DNA of 54,559 bases from a virus. Taxonomy: Duplodnaviria > Caudoviricetes. The stretch spans positions 1-54,559 of the IMG/VR virus record IMGVR_UViG_3300045971_000096; one strand, 5' to 3'. The position numbers were made by a program, and so were the translations under genes. Below are positions 45,501 through 54,559 of the stretch, piece after piece. The notes under the pieces were generated by a model, which searched no databases, was not told the origin of the DNA, and saw nothing but the letters and a program-made list of their open reading frames with translations. Each line of letters begins with the position of its first letter. The first letter of the stretch is position 1.

Positions 45501-48500
45501 ACGCCTTTGTTAACTACAAGAAGTTTACATCTGCTTCTACTGATGAATACTGGGCTTATAAGATTGCAACATTTGGCGATGCACGTGAACGTTCATTCCC
45601 TGAAGTTAAGATCAACCCAACAGATGTAGTTCAGAAGTTTACTAAACTTCAGTTCTATTCGCGTGATGATATTAATTATGACCCACTTCCACTGTTCACA
45701 CAAATTGAGAACATGGATGATACTCGTTGGTACTCTGTAGATGATCTTGGCAAAGGGATTCACTTCGAAGCTACTCCTATTTCTGAAATAGTTGATGTGA
45801 CGATTGATAAGTTCCCAGATATATTCTGTCATGTTGTAGCAGCATCATATCCAAGCAACCCACTTGTTGACATTACTTCGTCTGACAGATACATAGATGG
45901 TATACATCTCAGTAACAATGATTTAGTTCTTATCAAAGACAATGCTACACTTCCTAATGGCATTTATGCATGGTCTTCGGACGGACTCTTTTACAGTAAT
46001 ACACAGCCAACAATTGGACAAGCTGTTTATGTTGATGATGGCAATACTAATGCTCAAACAATTTGGGTTGAAGGTGATGCAGGCTGGTCACAAAGCAAGC
46101 TTTACATAAGACTAGCTAACATCTATCATAATGGAGATGTATCTGCTCCAACAGTAACACCTACTGGAGCAGAAATTATCAATGCTAGTTTGCTAAGAGT
46201 TAATATTCCTGGCACTTACTTTGTTAATGGCTTCACTTGGAACAACCCAACAAAACATTCGCCAATTAAACTATTTGATTATACTGACAATGTATTGATA
46301 GATGAAATTAGCCTGTGGCATCCAGCTATTGGCATCCACACCACTGAACCTTTGGAAATTATCAACATAATTTCTAATGAGGATCCAGCTCATTACGATT
46401 ACTCAACCAAGACAACCAACAATCCTAACTATAGAACTCTTAAACCTTGGGGTAAAAGAGAAGTAGGTCGTGTATTCTGGGACACTAGCAACCTTGCATA
46501 TATCCCATACCATGATGCTACAGTGTTTGCAGATATTGAAGCACGTCATGCACGTTGGGGAGCATTATCAGAATGGGCGTCAATCGATCTTTATGAATGG
46601 ATCGAAAGCAATGTTCACCCATCAGAATACAATGCCCTTGCTGCATTAGAAGAAGGTAATTCTGCAATTGATGAATCAATTCGTTCATCTGGTAAAGTTG
46701 CATTTGCTAATTACTACAAGCGCAATCGTGCTATCACTACTAGACCAATCGCATGGTCTTATGTACCAACAGGACTTGCTAACGGTCACCCATCATTCGA
46801 GTATGCTGTTAACGTCAATGTTTATAAGGCTGGTAATCAGCTGATTATTGGCGAAGGTAGAGCAAATGAAGTAGGAATTTCAGCAGGAAGAACCTTTGGT
46901 GGATGGGTTAATAACCCGGTAACTCTCATTGGTAAACCAGTTGGTGAGGTATTAATTGACACAACAATATCTTATGACATTGGTAATTCAACAGAACCAT
47001 CAGCACCTATTCTCCAGTTAACAGTAAGCATTACGCCTATCGTAAATGGTCTATTTGGCAACAAAATTGGTGCAGTTTATCTTAGCACGTATAGTGTTGC
47101 TGGCAAGGTAATGCTTAGAATGTCAGATTCATTTGGTTTCTACCAAGATGTAATTGTTGAAGAACCTGCATCCATAGATAAGTATAAGACGATTCCGTTT
47201 GACACTTTTGGTTTACAAGTTAATGTCAGTAATCTTCCATCATCAGCCGCTGCAATAGTTGCAGTGGTATGCAACATAACTAACGATATTTATGTTCGCG
47301 AAACTGTTACATTTATTGAGACTGTTCCACTTCAAAAATCAAAATTCGTTAATGATGGCTCTGATATTTCTGGAGATAGCAGCGAGTGGCGCACATGGGC
47401 TATACCTACTCAAGCACAGTTAGATGGTGATTTATTATCTCCTAATAATTCTTGGCTTCCTGTTCTTGGTGATGCTGTTACATGGGCAGGAATTGCTAAT
47501 GCTTCAACAATAGCTGCTATGAAGGCTGATAGTAATACAATGACACTTAAGTCGGGCGTTGCTATAAAGCGCTATGCATCTACATGGACTCGTTGGGAAA
47601 GTTTAAATCAGCTGAAGATAGAAATAATCTCAGATGGAGTGAACACACTAACTTTCACTCCAGGCGGAACAATTGATTTACACCGTCTGTCTATCTACGT
47701 TAATGGTGTACAGGTTAATCCTGACGGTTATGTGATTGACGGATTAACTGTTAGTTTAGTAAATAAACCAGCAGAAGGTTATGTTGCTACAATGCTCTAT
47801 AGAGCATACCAGCCAACAAAAGATGAGTTGGGATTCAATCCCGATGTAACTGATGATGTGTCAATTCAAGTTCAATACAAGCTAGATTATCAGTATACTC
47901 AGCTTGACATTAGAAATGAAGAAGGCAACATCACTAGCAAGAAATATTACTTCTGGGTGCAAGATAAAACAATTCCTCAGGCTAATAAATCAATGTCACT
48001 AGTGCAAGCTAAAGCGCTTCTAAAGTCTGGTCCAAGCGTGTTCACAGTCTTCTCTAGATTATTACCAGATAGTACAGTGACAGTTCAACCTGCGGCTGCA
48101 TTCGATTCTTGCGCTATTTCTGGTCTTAGCATGTATGTAACAAAGAATGATTCATTCAAATTGCGTATGCTTAAGAACTTTACTCTTCTTGACGATCCAG
48201 AAGAATTAAGCCTTAAGAACATCCACACAGAATGGGTTATGATTAGAAAGAAACAAACATCTAAGATTCCAGCCGCTTTGTGGGCTGTTCTAACCAATGC
48301 TGTATGTGGCACAGATATAGGTGGTAATCTTTTACCATCTCAAACTCGTATAGACTATGATGCTAGAAATGGTACTAGAAGTAAGTTTGGCTTTGGCCCC
48401 GGACAAATTTTTGCTGATACTCAGTTGTTAAGAACATCGGTCACGCGTACACTCCTCAATACCCAACTTACTTTACATCTCGTAAATAAGATAGTACCGG

Positions 48501-48757
48501 ATTATATTACTGCTCTTGATTTCAACAACAGTGATAAATGGTTTGCAGACGCAACATCAGCTAGGATAACAATGAATCTCATTTGGAATACAGGAAGACC
48601 ACATCAAGTCAATGAAGTATTTTTCGATGCTTTAGAAGATGCTCTTGCCAATAATTACGAGTTTAGCGATATTTTCAAAACATCATTAATCACCGTTAAT
48701 TCTGCTACTACAATTGCTGATAGTTCTGTTCAGGAGCAAGCAGATGAGCTCTACTAA
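39539..48757 (+). CDS. Giant virion structural protein (baseplate wedge gp7-like position), 3072 aa
   Basis: Follows gp6; PVNYDKFINYTNYYW, EYWAYKIA.FG, IDLYEWIES, YYFWV, IFKTS motifs; repeated fibre-type modules. Confidence 0.7.
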   Translation: MASQNLDLKKLLPLSTRNEMLDSLMSNMFNNFVSEEQSVLVNGRVGKTADGDSNIQAANLDREINALIPALYTKVGSEENIFTFEDILNKLNALDTDTGNLREWMAEQSFNYSLPVNYDKFINYTNYYWIGKELLAGGKIAARAYNPTVEPEFYLISKPAPDDLVKMDVDLATNTATDGYTQLWANGRPPEVFTIAFTSNRTFTVTSDFDGMQNLPGNATPIQIRINNGPLMMVGNLPSIVPTAQTLVTLYASGMDLVSFVVTVGSNHFSSGDVFTLKITYFTSNIVVTLDTINPIGKGAISGSQTVSQMATIDGVRLTGGERILVKDNHDGTDGIYHVYTDRQWERTSDAALDSNLVIDSTVHVLNGTQAGSNWIISSETLNVNPTSSFTKSVNFTYESNFESQINEWQRVNYWLHRDDFADAASLGVTFNKSIRANRPIIEYRNSIEKNLAKDANGRPTVGRNIRQDKTEFNQIPQFNLYRYDGTHQSSSSGLFYYVEDPDYPTDLVLRRRVKTTADYDFIFGMGIKDADGRLLYYKDNGRLVSVWREGVIANTSTQPVIWSGALNKGMLVLDEITSIADNQAWTISAINDTTFSVIGSRSGRLADATVGVPYPGLDPYSTAEVKFTINAGAEPFVYGENFTFIIHTKITPRYVKKNLDGSIVNYPGGVNADFNDGTITGAWMNPARMFENLERETRSEINFGDLLNHTRNVIKNQNGFIGTSYGINNLRTLTFNPGLGGSIREFGSNFPLLASMMIQNDISPLTILDFAEQQYLTALSSIDQFMVNDYPVYLTEKTGVTTTTISPDAVDIQALETYFEDLRTSNILLKNTFTDTSAKVACWPATLPMMGICPAVLPTIVFDNELGLDMIVHHDGHITPVSHRNIDFDMLLVKTQVTRSDGTVAAGIFSDTTPLSPYARQLWYKTSTTRVWMFNVTTDAVSPGTGKDGDIWFIRAIGEFRYWDSIGQTWLTLADQNPLSYWVEISTANIRNSLVLAVENKLFASVHPSMNVSVDIFGATSSAYSKIELAKYSAKYGYDTYVPDYNAADPFTWNYRIKLGQARWFDVYKAYFNGLAATTCRPNLEPWRFGTVSIPPSINKPANWDSTYKSNVQTTGNTTNATVVATDNIPLLSGEIFIDGIVVGAGDIVLVINQSDPIYNGLYTAGVGGWARVAVPIVHGLTVIVADGDKYKGTTWVQTAVDPIYVAPNVDPSSNAPSVITFEQYRLWLSVMWDDVKAYRDIHYPGLKLCVNIYNDELLPPYVSSDNIAGNESLLTVQPSNADIVGYASSYSFGENGPIETAWKKSIEYYYGLARSYFRTNPLKFLDKTWGDTYITVPGNVRVERNLMAPIPANKFLLHGEKLNIINSYLPYEVANRISGLPTPLDLPVAIATTSDILLTGLQKIDGIDVVVNDRVLVKNQIIPADNGIYIVSAGAWTRATDFDQPVQINSSVVYVLGGLSNKLTHWVQTAALTALGDQIAFEYISAYDFEVTYCGDDLTVVSMTSSGTFKSYITVNDLTAPVSIVDKGIPYSLGEKLSVRFTAGVIVYSHTPAIVKKFNGLGQIFTNLLRYNYVDTELSTAVASYRGWAVKLVHRLGAMIRPDTLTINTTQGDLPSTGFNVILKKSIDTQSLWISALRIQLVKQGSRKLNSDGLYVPLSDASDWIFRIESYNPQHPVIDKYTLDDAGEFQTFYALNKVNTDIAWKKFTSKTVLETVTVPVVITGLQNVITYVYGYTDRLDDIGWTINTDFPITDSETGRNINWQLEIEKLINRVYGGMTIGQGHILNPFMDKLSINTPVGLLGKFSESNYIDAYSMQAAYDVYGKVIPVKSLNVIRTDAGTTAYSNTPIFSAHVFIDEYEHVILMNQKFSDEFSSATVFDTFLGLRLNTAYLSFIRQAYANRKPTFNGFFLNGNDVNRNMSSSISTISNYYDASQTFYEPTTARHGLALLGFTHKDYFKAINVNDTTQFNFWRGLIQAKGTNMAIDAFVNYKKFTSASTDEYWAYKIATFGDARERSFPEVKINPTDVVQKFTKLQFYSRDDINYDPLPLFTQIENMDDTRWYSVDDLGKGIHFEATPISEIVDVTIDKFPDIFCHVVAASYPSNPLVDITSSDRYIDGIHLSNNDLVLIKDNATLPNGIYAWSSDGLFYSNTQPTIGQAVYVDDGNTNAQTIWVEGDAGWSQSKLYIRLANIYHNGDVSAPTVTPTGAEIINASLLRVNIPGTYFVNGFTWNNPTKHSPIKLFDYTDNVLIDEISLWHPAIGIHTTEPLEIINIISNEDPAHYDYSTKTTNNPNYRTLKPWGKREVGRVFWDTSNLAYIPYHDATVFADIEARHARWGALSEWASIDLYEWIESNVHPSEYNALAALEEGNSAIDESIRSSGKVAFANYYKRNRAITTRPIAWSYVPTGLANGHPSFEYAVNVNVYKAGNQLIIGEGRANEVGISAGRTFGGWVNNPVTLIGKPVGEVLIDTTISYDIGNSTEPSAPILQLTVSITPIVNGLFGNKIGAVYLSTYSVAGKVMLRMSDSFGFYQDVIVEEPASIDKYKTIPFDTFGLQVNVSNLPSSAAAIVAVVCNITNDIYVRETVTFIETVPLQKSKFVNDGSDISGDSSEWRTWAIPTQAQLDGDLLSPNNSWLPVLGDAVTWAGIANASTIAAMKADSNTMTLKSGVAIKRYASTWTRWESLNQLKIEIISDGVNTLTFTPGGTIDLHRLSIYVNGVQVNPDGYVIDGLTVSLVNKPAEGYVATMLYRAYQPTKDELGFNPDVTDDVSIQVQYKLDYQYTQLDIRNEEGNITSKKYYFWVQDKTIPQANKSMSLVQAKALLKSGPSVFTVFSRLLPDSTVTVQPAAAFDSCAISGLSMYVTKNDSFKLRMLKNFTLLDDPEELSLKNIHTEWVMIRKKQTSKIPAALWAVLTNAVCGTDIGGNLLPSQTRIDYDARNGTRSKFGFGPGQIFADTQLLRTSVTRTLLNTQLTLHLVNKIVPDYITALDFNNSDKWFADATSARITMNLIWNTGRPHQVNEVFFDALEDALANNYEFSDIFKTSLITVNSATTIADSSVQEQADELY

Positions 48758-51700
48758 TAGTCGCTATCTATCGGTGGCTTCAGGCCACATTGATAGCTTA
48801 ATTAGCTATGTGCTAGACGTAAAGCCATATCACGTAAAGCTTTCTGAAATTGTTGAAGAATATCTTTTCAATGATACTGTTAATGTAAAAATAGCTGATC
48901 ACCAAGAGACATTGGCTTTCTTGGGTGCAGACATTCTTCCAGCATATTCGTCACAGCATAATGTTAGACGTCGTAGAGCCACTAGCTGGTATAAAGATTT
49001 AACATCTGACGGTACTAGAACAATTTGGCAAGTACCACTAACCGTTATTAATAAGTTAGCAAGTAAGAGTGATCAAGCTGGATTAGGATTTAATACTACA
49101 CGTAGCTTAGCGCAAGAACCATTCATTCACGGCAGAACACGTAGCACAACAAATGTGCCACCAGCTTATATCGATCCGCTTGAAGCTGCAGTGCTAGGAT
49201 TTAATACCAACAATGTCGAAACTGATAATGATTTTCAGATTCCGGGTATCGACACTATTCACTATGTTAATGATCAGCCAATGCGTTCAGGTGCATTTAA
49301 TCCTAAGCGCTGGAGTGGTCCAGGGGTTCCGACTGTTACCAAAAATGGTACAGCTCAAATAGATTCAGTCGATTACTTTTTAAGTCATGGCGCATTCTCT
49401 GTTGACATTCGTGCCAACATGATGTGGAAGGAATTAAACCTCCATGATGTATCAACGTTTGCTCCTAAGTCTGGTGCTCTTGTCTATAACAAGCTTATTA
49501 AGACATACGGTACTATTGATAAAGTTGAGCTAGGCAATTATGAAGAGTGGACTATTACGTGGATTAAACCAGACAATTCTACTTCAGCTATAATAGACAT
49601 TGAAGGTTCACAGTCCGGGGCTTTGCTTGGTGGCTCATGGGGAAGCAACATGCTTCTGTCGAGCCAATTGGTTTATGACAATGGCGTAACTATCCCTGTT
49701 AGTAATTTTGCATACGGTGTGGTGTACTTTGCCGGGTTCAAACCAGACTTATTGGCAGCTAATGTTTGGAATGTTGACACTACTCTTCCACTGCCAGTAA
49801 ATGTACCTAGCATTTATGATCTAAAATTATCTGCTACTACTGCTACCACTTTGCCAGCCTGCAAAGTATTGTCAACGGCTCTTGGCGTTAACTATGCAGA
49901 TGCTAATACGGTATTTTATTTCAAGGATGGTTCGTCTGCTCAGTTAAAGAATACAACTGACGTTATTGTATCTGGGACAGTTAATGCAACACTTGCTGCT
50001 GGCACGTCTATAACAATTCATGGTGGGCAAACAGTAATACTTAATTCTGCAACAGACATTGTCTTTAATGAAGTCGAGTTAGTAACAAGCGCAGCTGGAA
50101 TTGTTACCACATATCCAGTTGTAATAAAGCATACCATGGCGCAGGGTAAAAGTGTCACACTGCCAGATGGCACCACCCATACTCTTATTGCAGCAACAGC
50201 AATAGATATCGCTGGCGGCACCGTAGTTACACTTGCTGGATACAATGCTGCTCAAGCTGCTGTAAGACCTGTCCCTGTTGAGATAGCACATAACATCGAT
50301 ATTCTTATTCCTAACGGAACAATCATCAACCCTGATTTTGATTACAGTTATGATAATCCTAAATTAGTATTCCATCTGTTTACTAATCCTAGTGAATACA
50401 TTGACGATGGCGAAAGTTTCGTCATTACTCCTTCAAACAAGATAACAGTTGCTCCTGATGCTCCGCTAGAATCATGGACACTTATAAAGACAAATCCTAT
50501 AACATCTGGTGATCGTGAAGAACACTATTTGGTTTATGGCAGTGTGTCTGGCTGGACGCCTAATTTAAGTCTATCTGCAACTGAGCAAGCAAAGAGTGTT
50601 GGTGCTGCTATTGGTGAATGGTATTGGAATGGTAAAATTGGTTTCAAGATTCCTGAACTTAAATGCTTCCCAAAGATTCAAAATGCAACTATCATTTCAT
50701 CTGCGCTAGGTGACAATAATACTTGGACAACTGAAGTAAGCAATAATCAGATTATTAAGAACATCTCTTTTGACCCAGCTGTTAGCAATGGTAAAGGAGC
50801 ATTCTTTATCACTGGTGAAGAATCGATTGCTGGTACATCTTCTGATGGTAAGACTTGGGTATCCGATGTTGGCACTACGTATTCGTTTGATGCAACTAAT
50901 CCGTTTAGAGTTCTTTCTATTACTGGTGATAATGGCAAAATATATCTAAGCACTCCAATACCTAGTGTTGATAGTTTAGGAAACCCAATTACTGTCATTA
51001 AGTGGATAGAACAACGTGTTCCAACACTGGGCGCAATTAATTCAATTACCCAGATCCCAAATGCACTTCGTGCACATGCGTCGGATCCTTCACCAACTAT
51101 TACGTGTATTCTTGCAGTAGGTGAGCAAGGTATTATCCTATCATCTGTTAATGGTATGGGCTGGCAGCCATGTAATAGTGGTACAACAGAAAACTTAACT
51201 GACGTTACTTGGTCTCCACAGAATATCGTTGCAATTGGCGATCATGGTACCATTGTCAGAGCTATTAGTCGTAATGATGTAACAGGTATAATTACTTGGG
51301 CAAAGCAGACATATGGACCACTAAATTCTAACTTTACAGAGTTCAATCTTAAGTCTGTAATTTATGTTGCTTCATTGGGTAAATTTATTGCTGTTGGTGA
51401 GTATGGCACTATCTTGACATCAGTTGATGGAACTTCATGGTTAAATCTTGGAGTCTTCCCAGCACCTCAACTACCTCCGCTTAATTCATCAGATGCAGTA
51501 GTAAGTGCATATACTGCAGCAATGAATGCGCTACCTTCATTCACAGATGTTGTCTTTGGCAATGGTAAATTAGTAGCAGTTTCAGCTAACGGAATAATTG
51601 CTACTTCAACAGATGGGTCTATTTGGACAGCATATGCTGGAAAATCGCTTAACTCTATTGCATATGGTAATGGCGTATTCGTTGGTGTCGGTGGCTCGCG

Positions 51701-54455
51701 CAATGAGGTTGAACACCTTGTTCCAAATCCATTAAAGCCATCTGTTAATCCACTAGCTGAACCATCTGAATACACTATTACGTTTTACACACAGCAGACT
51801 GATACTGAAGAGGGTCTAGCCACTGTAACAAATAACGTTTATGGATTTAGAGCAGGCTTAGTAACTAACACGTTATGGGATGATGGTCTAGTATCATTCA
51901 CCTTAGCAACAACACCAAGCCAGACAAAATACCAAACTGGCGACGTTGTTAAAATCTATCTTGCGCCAGAGTATCGCTATGTAGACTTCGCTGGTTACGA
52001 TGAAACTAACTATGCTATCAGCAAATACGAAAGTGATGTTGCTCTTGCTGAATTTAGCGTGCCATTGCTTTATAATCAGGAATTATTCCCGCTATATCAC
52101 AGTCATGGCTCGGTTATTTTTAAGGATACACTTGAACTAAATGATAGCATTGTAATTGACAAAGCATCTTCCGATGCCTTTAGACTTCGAATCATTGGTT
52201 CAGGGTTAGCATTCCCAGAACTTGCTCCAGTAGATGACTGGATTCCGTTAGAAATTAGAACTGACGTGCCATTCCCTGGGTTAGTAAAATACATCTATGC
52301 GTATTCTTCCGCAAATCCTAACTTACTTATTTTAACTATTGAGCAGCCGCAGTATAATACTGAAGATATAAATGCATCAGCGTTATTAAAGTTTGAGCCA
52401 GCATTTGTCACACAGTACTTGAAGTTCAATACCAAATTCTCTTTGGCTTTCTACCCAGATGAATCATATGGACAGAAAATTAGAGTTAAGATAACAGAAG
52501 ACTATAAAATCTTTTCACGTTTCCGCGAAGAATTCTTTGAAGGTCCTTTACAAGGATCGTATATCTGGCACTGGAACTATCCAACAGTTATTAGATACCC
52601 ACTATATGATGCTAATGATGTACCAATTGTTGACGCTGCTGGATTGCCAGTCTACACCTACCCACGTGATGCCTTTGGTAACTTGACGTACACTGCTGGT
52701 TACTACAGCTTAGTACCAGCTACTGCAGCTAACCCATACCCATTTAATTTGAACATCTCTGATGCTCCTATTAAACACTATGACACTGGCGATAAAATTA
52801 CATTCTTTGATGGTCCAGCAATTGGTTACCATTTCTGGGAATACATTACTAAGTATGCTGATCCATTAAGAATACCACGTAATAAAATTACTAAAGATGC
52901 AAATGGTGTGTTCATTGAAGAACCTATCGACCCAGTACCAAATCCTATTGTGTGGCAAGGTTGGGGTATTAAACATGTCACAGATTCTGGATACGATTTC
53001 TATAAGCAATTAACTGAAAGAGTTCCACCACAACCAATTCTTTGGACACAAGCAGAGGTAGATGCCATTGCTGCTGCAGAAGCAATTAGACAAGCAAATG
53101 ATCCACTAAATGAAACAACTGCTCCAAAGACATACTACTGGTATAATGATACCCCACAGTCACCTGTAAAAGTGCTGTTACCGGTAGCAGGTTCTGAAAA
53201 GACGGTGCAAGATGTGACGCCTATTATTCAGAGAACTGATCATAATGGTACAGTATTAGGACCACTACTGACACTTAATGTTGATGCAGCTGGTACTAAG
53301 ACATGGACTCCAACACCTAACACTGATATTACACCAGCTCGTACTGCTGAAATTGAAACTACTTGGAAATTGTTGTATCATACTGATCCATATCCGCTTA
53401 ATCATGAGTGGTATAACACTGACACATGGCCTTCAAAGCTTATAAACGGTGTGGCTCATCATAAAGCATTTTACGTAGCGATCACTGAAGGTGGTGCTTT
53501 ACCGCTAGATGATGGTTTCGGCTACTCGCCATATCAAACCATTAAGAATGGTGTTATGAAGGGTCTAAAGAAGATTGTTGCCCCATCATATACAGCCCAC
53601 CCACCTATTTCGCTAGCAGACCACTTGCCTCAACCTGCGACGCCAGACTCACTATCACCTGCACAGTTTGCGGCACTAGCAGAAACAATTACTTATTCGC
53701 AACAAGTTTTTAATCCTGGAACATTCCTTTGGTCTGGTAATCCAGCTGACTGGACATTCCCTAAGGTAACAGCTGGTCCAAGTATTCAGGTTAAACAGTC
53801 ATATCCTTCAAAACCTGGTTACGAATATTTTCCTTATGGCACATCGCCATTAAATGAATTCCCGTATAATCTTCCACCATACAAAAATTGGCAAGACAAG
53901 AATGGTGCCCCACCTGCAGCCGATACCGGCATATCTGAAGCATCAATCACCGAGGGTTTGTTTATTACTGAACGTGCTATTGATACTCGTTGGTTATCCG
54001 GATATGATACTACACCATATGACGTTACTTGGACGAATCCGATAGCTGCGCCAGGAACAATAGTATTAGGATATCCGTATGATACTCCTCTGGATTATGT
54101 TGCAGCTAAAGTGAACTTTACACTTGACTTTAAGAATATTAAAACAATTCTAACACCAGGTATTCATTATGGTGAACAGTATATGGATATAATGCCACCG
54201 CAGTTTACTAATCTACCAAGTGCTGTTGATGAATATATGGTTACTATTCTTAATAAGACATTCACTTCGACTCCTACATTTACCCTTCAGGCACTTGTAG
54301 CAGCACCAGGTGGTGGTTACATGACAACTGGACCTATAGAAAATCCAGCTACCAACCTGCATAATCCATTCCCAGAGTTGCCAGATATCACAAGTAAGAA
54401 TGCGTATGTGTTCATCACCTCGATTCCTATGCCTTTCAGGCTAACCATAATATAA
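48744..54455 (+). CDS. Giant baseplate/tail-associated protein with Asp-box beta-propeller
   Basis: YVLDVKPYHVKL N-terminal motif; SxDGxxW repeats; GYD...YD motifs; probable ATG at 48744. Confidence 0.7.
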   Translation: MSSTNSRYLSVASGHIDSLISYVLDVKPYHVKLSEIVEEYLFNDTVNVKIADHQETLAFLGADILPAYSSQHNVRRRRATSWYKDLTSDGTRTIWQVPLTVINKLASKSDQAGLGFNTTRSLAQEPFIHGRTRSTTNVPPAYIDPLEAAVLGFNTNNVETDNDFQIPGIDTIHYVNDQPMRSGAFNPKRWSGPGVPTVTKNGTAQIDSVDYFLSHGAFSVDIRANMMWKELNLHDVSTFAPKSGALVYNKLIKTYGTIDKVELGNYEEWTITWIKPDNSTSAIIDIEGSQSGALLGGSWGSNMLLSSQLVYDNGVTIPVSNFAYGVVYFAGFKPDLLAANVWNVDTTLPLPVNVPSIYDLKLSATTATTLPACKVLSTALGVNYADANTVFYFKDGSSAQLKNTTDVIVSGTVNATLAAGTSITIHGGQTVILNSATDIVFNEVELVTSAAGIVTTYPVVIKHTMAQGKSVTLPDGTTHTLIAATAIDIAGGTVVTLAGYNAAQAAVRPVPVEIAHNIDILIPNGTIINPDFDYSYDNPKLVFHLFTNPSEYIDDGESFVITPSNKITVAPDAPLESWTLIKTNPITSGDREEHYLVYGSVSGWTPNLSLSATEQAKSVGAAIGEWYWNGKIGFKIPELKCFPKIQNATIISSALGDNNTWTTEVSNNQIIKNISFDPAVSNGKGAFFITGEESIAGTSSDGKTWVSDVGTTYSFDATNPFRVLSITGDNGKIYLSTPIPSVDSLGNPITVIKWIEQRVPTLGAINSITQIPNALRAHASDPSPTITCILAVGEQGIILSSVNGMGWQPCNSGTTENLTDVTWSPQNIVAIGDHGTIVRAISRNDVTGIITWAKQTYGPLNSNFTEFNLKSVIYVASLGKFIAVGEYGTILTSVDGTSWLNLGVFPAPQLPPLNSSDAVVSAYTAAMNALPSFTDVVFGNGKLVAVSANGIIATSTDGSIWTAYAGKSLNSIAYGNGVFVGVGGSRNEVEHLVPNPLKPSVNPLAEPSEYTITFYTQQTDTEEGLATVTNNVYGFRAGLVTNTLWDDGLVSFTLATTPSQTKYQTGDVVKIYLAPEYRYVDFAGYDETNYAISKYESDVALAEFSVPLLYNQELFPLYHSHGSVIFKDTLELNDSIVIDKASSDAFRLRIIGSGLAFPELAPVDDWIPLEIRTDVPFPGLVKYIYAYSSANPNLLILTIEQPQYNTEDINASALLKFEPAFVTQYLKFNTKFSLAFYPDESYGQKIRVKITEDYKIFSRFREEFFEGPLQGSYIWHWNYPTVIRYPLYDANDVPIVDAAGLPVYTYPRDAFGNLTYTAGYYSLVPATAANPYPFNLNISDAPIKHYDTGDKITFFDGPAIGYHFWEYITKYADPLRIPRNKITKDANGVFIEEPIDPVPNPIVWQGWGIKHVTDSGYDFYKQLTERVPPQPILWTQAEVDAIAAAEAIRQANDPLNETTAPKTYYWYNDTPQSPVKVLLPVAGSEKTVQDVTPIIQRTDHNGTVLGPLLTLNVDAAGTKTWTPTPNTDITPARTAEIETTWKLLYHTDPYPLNHEWYNTDTWPSKLINGVAHHKAFYVAITEGGALPLDDGFGYSPYQTIKNGVMKGLKKIVAPSYTAHPPISLADHLPQPATPDSLSPAQFAALAETITYSQQVFNPGTFLWSGNPADWTFPKVTAGPSIQVKQSYPSKPGYEYFPYGTSPLNEFPYNLPPYKNWQDKNGAPPAADTGISEASITEGLFITERAIDTRWLSGYDTTPYDVTWTNPIAAPGTIVLGYPYDTPLDYVAAKVNFTLDFKNIKTILTPGIHYGEQYMDIMPPQFTNLPSAVDEYMVTILNKTFTSTPTFTLQALVAAPGGGYMTTGPIENPATNLHNPFPELPDITSKNAYVFITSIPMPFRLTII

Positions 54456-54468
54456 TTCGTATTAACCA

Positions 54469-54474
54469 TAAATA
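54469..54474 (+). promoter_or_regulatory. Late promoter TAAATA
   Basis: ATAAATA followed by GGAGA RBS and ATG 54513. Confidence 0.65.
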
Positions 54475-54512
54475 CTCTATGCTTTTAAGCCTAAGAAGAT
54501 AACGGAGAAAAA

Positions 54513-54559
54513 ATGACTGCAGCTACAATTACGACAAAAGTTATTGGCCACGTACATGT
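54513..54559 (+). CDS. Start of next late gene (MTAATITTKVIGHVH...), truncated
   Basis: GGAGA RBS plus ATG, open to window end. Confidence 0.6.
   Translation, partial: MTAATITTKVIGHVH

Noticed and set aside
48714-48743. Upstream TTG start of the 1913-aa ORF
   Set aside because: ATG at 48744 with GGAG upstream is the more plausible start
1-54559. Stop-codon reassignment, tRNAs, integrase
   Set aside because: Standard code gives dense intact ORFs ending in TAA, TGA and TAG; no cloverleaf or recombinase motifs seen by eye

Overview
A 54.6-kb segment of a large lytic myovirus with T4-like genes (jumbo-phage architecture; host cannot be determined from the sequence). It holds most of the virion morphogenesis region. 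Minus strand, left part: start of tail sheath gp18, gp15, two candidate capsid-packaged ADP-ribosyltransferase-like proteins, enlarged neck proteins gp14 and gp13, a 769-aa candidate head polyprotein, major capsid gp23, scaffold gp22, core proteins, protease gp21, portal gp20 and a tape-measure-like protein. Middle: gp26 and gp51 on plus, converging on a minus-strand block of gp55 late sigma, gp47, gp46, a resolvase, an HNH endonuclease and a coupled accessory cluster. Plus strand, right part: a nucleotidyltransferase and baseplate genes (gp48/54-like, gp53, gp27-like, gp5, gp25, gp6) followed by two giant structural proteins. (TA)TAAATA late promoters precede nearly every structural transcription unit. 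Most notable: (1) a coupled cassette of NDT-like protein, minimal family-A polymerase and histidine phosphatase; (2) a degenerate stand-alone terminase-ATPase fragment between gp47 and gp46, a possible immune decoy; (3) a polyprotein punctuated by gp21-type cleavage sites, with an RMF-like module; (4) ART-like cargo carrying capsid-targeting leaders; (5) gp55 with a histone-H1-like tail; (6) RNA structures controlling late genes. All family assignments come from motif recognition by eye, not database searches. No tRNA, rRNA or CRISPR array was seen.
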